From the IMG/VR virus record IMGVR_UViG_3300024520_000005, positions 1 through 50,649 of that record: a DNA stretch of 50,649 nt, one strand, 5' to 3'. Positions 49,596 to 50,649 of the stretch are shown piece by piece. Position numbers and translations under genes: made by a program. Under the pieces are notes generated by a model, which saw only the letters and a program-made list of their open reading frames with translations, had not been told where the DNA came from and did not search any database. Source of the DNA: a virus. The first letter of the stretch is position 1. Each line of letters begins with the position of its first letter.

Positions 49596-50476
49596 ATCGC
49601 GCCCCAGCTTTCCAATTCTATCCAGATAAGGCAATCGCAGGCACACGGCACCTCAGCCCCGAAGCATTCAAGGCGTACTGGAGTATGCTATGGTGGATGT
49701 GGCTACACAGCCCCACATACTGCTCCATAAACGACACGGATTCGGGGTGGAAAATAGCCACCGGAATCAATGATCAAGATACCCTAGATTCAGTCAGAGC
49801 AGAGATCATGTCAGATGATATGCCAATGCTCAAGAAGCGACGACAGAAACTGTATTCAAATGGGTTAGAAAAGGAGATAGAAAAGATACAGACGAGGAGG
49901 GCTAATTCGTCGAAAGGAGGACGTACCACATCAAAGCGTAATAAAGACAAGGTGTTTAGAGCCAAGTCCACTACTAAGTCCACTACTAAGTCCACCAAGG
50001 ATTCACTAGGCGTTCACTGCGTAGTAAAACAGCACCCTCCTACTCCTACTCCTTCTCCTACTATACCACAACTACTAGACACCCCTCTTTTTGTGAAGGC
50101 TTGGGCTGAGTGGCAAGCTCATCGCAGGCAGATCAAAAAGGGTCTTACTGAGCTTCAGGCGCAGAAACAAATCAATCAATTCGCTGACTGGGGTGTTAAG
50201 CGTTCTGTCGCCGCGATTAACCATACGATCAAGAACGGTTGGCAGGGGATATATGAGCCAAAGGGCGATGATGCTCCTAGCCTGTCTGAAGCCCCTTGTG
50301 TGGATGCTCAGTTCCAAGGCTACTTCTCTCCTGATCAGGCTCGATGGCTAACCAATGCCTTCGTTAATATTGATCGCAAGAAGGCGGGTGAGCCAGAGAT
50401 CGCACAAGATCCAGCACATACTGTCACAAAGGCAGAGTATGATGAATTCGTCGCCAACACAGGAGATCACAAATGA
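49592..50476 (+). CDS. DUF1376 (YdaU-like) replication organiser candidate
   Basis: N-terminal FQFYPDKAIAGTRHLSPEAFKAYWSMLWWMW matches the DUF1376 signature. Sits directly upstream of dnaB. Confidence 0.6.
   Translation: MNRAPAFQFYPDKAIAGTRHLSPEAFKAYWSMLWWMWLHSPTYCSINDTDSGWKIATGINDQDTLDSVRAEIMSDDMPMLKKRRQKLYSNGLEKEIEKIQTRRANSSKGGRTTSKRNKDKVFRAKSTTKSTTKSTKDSLGVHCVVKQHPPTPTPSPTIPQLLDTPLFVKAWAEWQAHRRQIKKGLTELQAQKQINQFADWGVKRSVAAINHTIKNGWQGIYEPKGDDAPSLSEAPCVDAQFQGYFSPDQARWLTNAFVNIDRKKAGEPEIAQDPAHTVTKAEYDEFVANTGDHK
49964..49999 (+). repeat. tandem 12-mer AAGTCCACTACT x3 (third copy degenerate) inside the DUF1376 gene linker
   Basis: Read directly (encodes KSTTKSTTKSTK). Followed at 50036-50063 by the CCTACT-type repeat encoding PPTPTPSPT. 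Confidence 0.8.
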
Positions 50477-50649
50477 CCATCAGCCACATACCACCACACT
50501 CAGAAGAAGCAGAGCGGGGGCTACTGGGCGCGATGCTACAGGACTGCAACACTGTCCTCCCTGTCGCTATGGATGCTGGAGTGAATGCGTCTAGCTTCTA
50601 CGTCCCCGCCTTGCAGGTAATCTACAACGCCATCATCGCACTTAACGGC
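50473..50649 (+). CDS. dnaB: DnaB helicase, N-terminal part (continues at position 2 after circular closure)
   Basis: ATGA overlap with the upstream stop, AGGAG SD. MTISHIPPHSEEAERGLLGAML is the DnaB N-terminal signature. Confidence 0.85.
   Translation, partial: MTISHIPPHSEEAERGLLGAMLQDCNTVLPVAMDAGVNASSFYVPALQVIYNAIIALNG
50523..50649. repeat. terminal overlap identical to 1-127
   Basis: See the feature at 1-127. Confidence 0.9.

Noticed and set aside
1-50649. Diversity-generating retroelement, integrase/att sites, toxin-antitoxin or known defence cassettes
   Set aside because: No reverse-transcriptase-like, recombinase-like or recognisable toxin ORF is present on either strand. I saw no template/variable repeat pair near the fibre-like genes.

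Overview
The window is one complete, circularly closed genome of a tailed dsDNA phage. Bases 1-127 are repeated at 50523-50649, giving a unit length of 50,522 bp, and dnaB runs across the junction.

Genes form two divergent arms. They leave a repeat-rich control region at about 41.2-41.7 kb and converge at about 9.6 kb.

Plus arm (41687 to the window end, then 1 to 9574): about 55 tightly packed, mostly tiny early and replication genes.
- Recognisable products: DUF669-type SSB, PD-(D/E)XK nuclease, compact C5-methyltransferase-like protein, HNH protein, DUF1376 replication organiser, DnaB, Rnl2-family RNA ligase, DUF5664-like protein, metallophosphoesterase, RusA, RHH protein.
- It also holds many small Cys-rich zinc-ribbon-like proteins and small membrane proteins.

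Minus arm (41108 down to 9689), in transcription order:
- two HTH proteins, a small HExxH protein and tRNA-Pro(UGG);
- a truncated TerL ATPase paralogue and a full TerL;
- a tandem GroES-like protein, portal, scaffold, decoration-like protein, lambda-E-like major capsid protein and an HNH homing endonuclease;
- a block of signal-peptide or membrane-anchored proteins, then podovirus-like tail and internal proteins including a 1610-aa giant;
- a terminal candidate lysis cassette.

I could not recognise an integrase, repressor, DNA polymerase, primase, RNA polymerase or small terminase.

Three near-consensus sigma70 promoters, strong Shine-Dalgarno sites, Sec signal peptides and a lipobox point to a diderm host that uses SD-dependent initiation.

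The most unusual items are:
- the catalytically degenerate TerL ATPase-domain paralogue;
- a reverse-oriented, probably leaderless gene with a consensus promoter wedged between the two terminase genes;
- exported proteins inside the virion-gene arm;
- an 860-bp purine-skewed G-rich non-coding region with iteron-like repeats;
- a 20-nt element repeated ahead of early genes;
- a promoter-plus-structured-RNA-plus-terminator unit ahead of the replication genes.

All functional calls come from motifs read by eye. No database search was possible.
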